From: an uncultured Chromatiales bacterium
Lineage (GTDB): Bacteria; Pseudomonadota; Gammaproteobacteria; Steroidobacterales; BM003
Assembly: GCA_937128475.1 (NCBI GenBank)
Contig: CAKZML010000245.1
Location: 288 to 64,287 of the forward strand
Length of the DNA stretch: 64,000 nt
Reading direction: 5' to 3'
Shown here one piece after another: positions 62,401-64,000 of the stretch. The notes under the pieces were generated by a model that was not told where the DNA came from, did not search any database, and was given only the letters and a program-made list of their open reading frames with translations. Position 1 is the first letter of the stretch, and each line of letters starts with the position of its first letter. The translations under genes and the position numbers were made by a program.

Positions 62401-64000
62401 CGGCATCGACACCCAAACCACTGAGTTCACCGTGGCAGGTATCGGTGACATGGCCGGCGACGTATTCGGAAACGGACTACTGCAGTCCCGACATATCCGC
62501 TTGCAGGCGGCGTTCAACCACATGCACATTTTCCTGGACCCCGATCCGGATCCGGAAACCAGCTTTGTGGAACGCGAGCGCCTGTTTAACCTTCCTCGCT
62601 CATCCTGGGCGGACTACGACACCAACCTGATATCCGCCGGTGGCGGTGTGTTCTTACGCACTGAAAAACACCTGGATCTCAGTCCCCAGGTGCAGGCCAT
62701 GCTCGGCACGACCGAGACCAGCATGACACCGCAAGAACTCATGCGGGCCATTCTGAAGATGAATGTTGACCTGTTATGGAACGGCGGCATTGGCACCTAT
62801 GTGAAGGCTTCCACGGAAAGTAATGCCGATGCTGGAGACAGGGCCAATGACGCCCTGCGGGTAAATGGCGACGAACTGGGCTGCAAGGTGGTTGGCGAAG
62901 GTGGCAACCTGGGTCTTACTCAGCTGGGCCGAATCGAATTCGCCAAGAAGGGCGGCCGCATCAACACCGACTTCATCGACAATTCAGCCGGTGTGGACAC
63001 CTCGGACCGCGAGGTGAATATCAAGATCATGCTGCGCCAGGTTGCTGACAGCACCGGCCTTGATGAAAAGTCTCGCAACAGGCTGCTTGCCTCGATGACC
63101 AATGAAGTAGGCAAACTTATCCTGCGTAATAACTACTTGCAGACCCAGGCCATCAGCTTGATGGAAGCCCACTCGCTGGAGCGTGTGAACGAACACGCAT
63201 TCGTCATGCGGGCCCTGGAAAAGACTGGCGTGCTTAACCGGCAACTCGAATTCCTTCCCAGTGATGCCGAAATCAAGGCTCGCAAGGCAATAGGGGCAGG
63301 CTTCACCCGTCCGGAACTTTCACTGCTGGTGAGTTATTCCAAGATTGCCCTGTATCAGGACCTGATCGAGTCCAACGTGCCGGAAGATTCCTATCTATCC
63401 CACGAACTTGAAATCTACTTCCCCGCGCCGATGCGCAAGAAGTACCAGGATGTGCTGCGTAATCACCAGCTGGCACGGGAAATCGTTGCCACAGTAGTAT
63501 GCAATAGCGTGATTAACAGGATGGGCCCGGTGTTCACCCTGCGTATGATGGAAGAGACCGGGGCCGACGCGGCGAAGATTGCCCGAGCCTATACCATCGC
63601 CAGGGAAATATTTGGTATCCGCGAAAACTGGCACGATATTGAAGCGCTGGACAACAAGATCCCGGCCAGCGTCCAGTACGCCATGATGTTCGAGATCACC
63701 CGATTGCTGCGTCATGCCAGCGCCTGGATCATGCAGCATCACGATGCCCCGCTGAATGTGGAGTCTATAGTGTCGCGACTGCAGCCTGGCTTGGTCCGCG
63801 CATTCAAGGCGCTGCCCAAGGCGTTGATCGGGCCAATGAGTCATAGAGTTTCCGAGAGCGCCGCGCTGTATCGGGAAATCGGCGTCACCGACAAGGTCGC
63901 CCATAGCATGTCCTTGTTACCCGCAGCATTCTCAACCCTGGATATCGTTGAAATAGCCCTGGAATCCAATCTCGATGAAATTCGGGTTGCCAAGACCTAC
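59492..64000 (+). CDS. gdhB: NAD-specific glutamate dehydrogenase, large (~1600 aa) GdhB type, 3' end beyond the window
   Basis: Absent from the ORF track because it has no stop in the window. ATG 59492 is preceded by an in-frame TAA and by GGAG 10 nt upstream. The frame stays open for 1503 codons to the window end. The N-terminus reads MQRRSSNAQIKLLESIV...IVNDDMPFLVDSV, and the catalytic region IVPVGAKGGFVCK starts at 62021. Confidence 0.9.
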   Translation, partial: MQRRSSNAQIKLLESIVSNANNHPAAKEHPLLTEFVRQGYRNVSLDDLSSHDQDDLVTAAISTLKFAQKRKPGKPKIRVFNPTVDKHGWSHAHTIVEIVNDDMPFLVDSVRAAINDTGLTVQLTIHPIYTVMRDKENNLLDILPRKKNQTKGAKESMMRLEIDRESDEDALKKLIERLKVVLADVRNAVEDWDAMRNKAREICEGIEKNPPPIDEATVAESVALIRWMENNHFTLLGYREYELERGENKDILNPLPKTGLGILRSTSSRKPKPVEITSRDIRSQARAREMLFITKANSKSTVHRSAYLDYVGIKVFDHAGRVVGEKRFLGLFTSVAYSRNPSEIPLLRHKVAEVMADSGIDPHSHAGKALQHVLDTYPREELFQTSVEDLTRITTGIMSLQERQRVKLFVRRDAFHRFVSCLVFVPRDKYNTEVRQRLEAILIDRYKGVGSEHRVQLSDASLARVQFIIRLGEGRMPRVDVGKLEDDLAEGVRTWTDNLKAALITRLGEEAGSKLFKRFGKSFPAAYMEDSSPYEGTFDVERMALLTDEPEELRMSVYRPEAFRDNKLRFKLCRLGNPIPLSDALPMLENLGLRVISERPYRCVPENGKEIWIQDFDMVMDGEGTLYLGEISANFQETFSRMWAHVTDNDGFNKLVLSAGMSWRQAYLIRAYCRYLLQTGLPFSQLYMEQVIDRNAGIARLMVQLFEARFDPHMSSRKRKTIADQSLAEINTALDKVASQDEDRILRAFLTVIKATLRTNFYQLTDLGEFKAYVSFKLDPSKVPDLPLPRPKYEVFIYSPRMEGVHLRGGKVARGGLRWSDRMEDFRTEVLGLMKAQNVKNTLIVPVGAKGGFVCKHLPKGDRDTVMAEVIACYKSFIRGLLDITDNLVEGKVVPPKLVVRQDEDDYYLVVAADKGTATFSDIANSVSAEYNFWLGDAFASGGSAGYDHKGMGITAKGGWEAVKRHFRERGIDTQTTEFTVAGIGDMAGDVFGNGLLQSRHIRLQAAFNHMHIFLDPDPDPETSFVERERLFNLPRSSWADYDTNLISAGGGVFLRTEKHLDLSPQVQAMLGTTETSMTPQELMRAILKMNVDLLWNGGIGTYVKASTESNADAGDRANDALRVNGDELGCKVVGEGGNLGLTQLGRIEFAKKGGRINTDFIDNSAGVDTSDREVNIKIMLRQVADSTGLDEKSRNRLLASMTNEVGKLILRNNYLQTQAISLMEAHSLERVNEHAFVMRALEKTGVLNRQLEFLPSDAEIKARKAIGAGFTRPELSLLVSYSKIALYQDLIESNVPEDSYLSHELEIYFPAPMRKKYQDVLRNHQLAREIVATVVCNSVINRMGPVFTLRMMEETGADAAKIARAYTIAREIFGIRENWHDIEALDNKIPASVQYAMMFEITRLLRHASAWIMQHHDAPLNVESIVSRLQPGLVRAFKALPKALIGPMSHRVSESAALYREIGVTDKVAHSMSLLPAAFSTLDIVEIALESNLDEIRVAKTY

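Noticed and set aside
59492-64000. Apparent 4.5-kb region with only short, scattered minus-strand and plus-strand ORFs in the supplied track
   Set aside because: This is not a non-coding or anomalous region. It is one continuous plus-strand reading frame, the large NAD-glutamate dehydrogenase. The track omits it because the stop codon lies beyond the window. The listed ORFs there are frame shadows.

Overview
This window is a GC-rich gammaproteobacterial chromosome segment, judged from gene content and synteny. The lineage is not determinable here, though it looks like a marine Cellvibrionales/Pseudomonas-type organism. I count about 58 protein genes and one tRNA-Leu(CAA). I found no rRNA, CRISPR array, transposase or phage integrase (XerD sits in its usual housekeeping context), and no recognisable defence or toxin system. 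About three quarters is classical housekeeping synteny: tadA, dadA, guaBA/xseA, metX, der-bamB-yfgM-hisS-rodZ-pilW-rlmN-ndk, a short isc cluster (trmJ-iscS-iscU-like-iscA), suhB, secDF-yajC-tgt-queA, dsbC-xerD, an IcmF plus branched-chain acyl-CoA catabolism block, ETF-QO, zapE, hppD plus an HGD-like gene, and a large NAD-glutamate dehydrogenase that runs off the right edge. I could not identify a clear-cut, self-evident novel system. The best candidates for a second look are listed here. (1) A same-strand cluster at 48.6-51.4 kb encodes envelope proteins with three different thiol motifs and ends in a dihaem cytochrome c fused to a rhodanese domain. (2) A Pat-type lysine acetyltransferase and an HDAC-family deacetylase diverge from a 70-bp control region that holds a perfect inverted repeat. 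(3) The adjacent ECF sigma / anti-sigma / PDZ-only secreted protein operon. (4) An IscU-like scaffold that lacks the third cluster-ligand cysteine, in an isc locus without iscR, hscBA or fdx. (5) A highly structured 255-nt leader in front of a CNNM/CorC-type transporter gene. All functional calls come from reading the translated ORFs and motifs by eye. No database search was run. Many long ORFs in the supplied track are antisense or frame-shadow artefacts of GC-rich coding DNA and were discarded.
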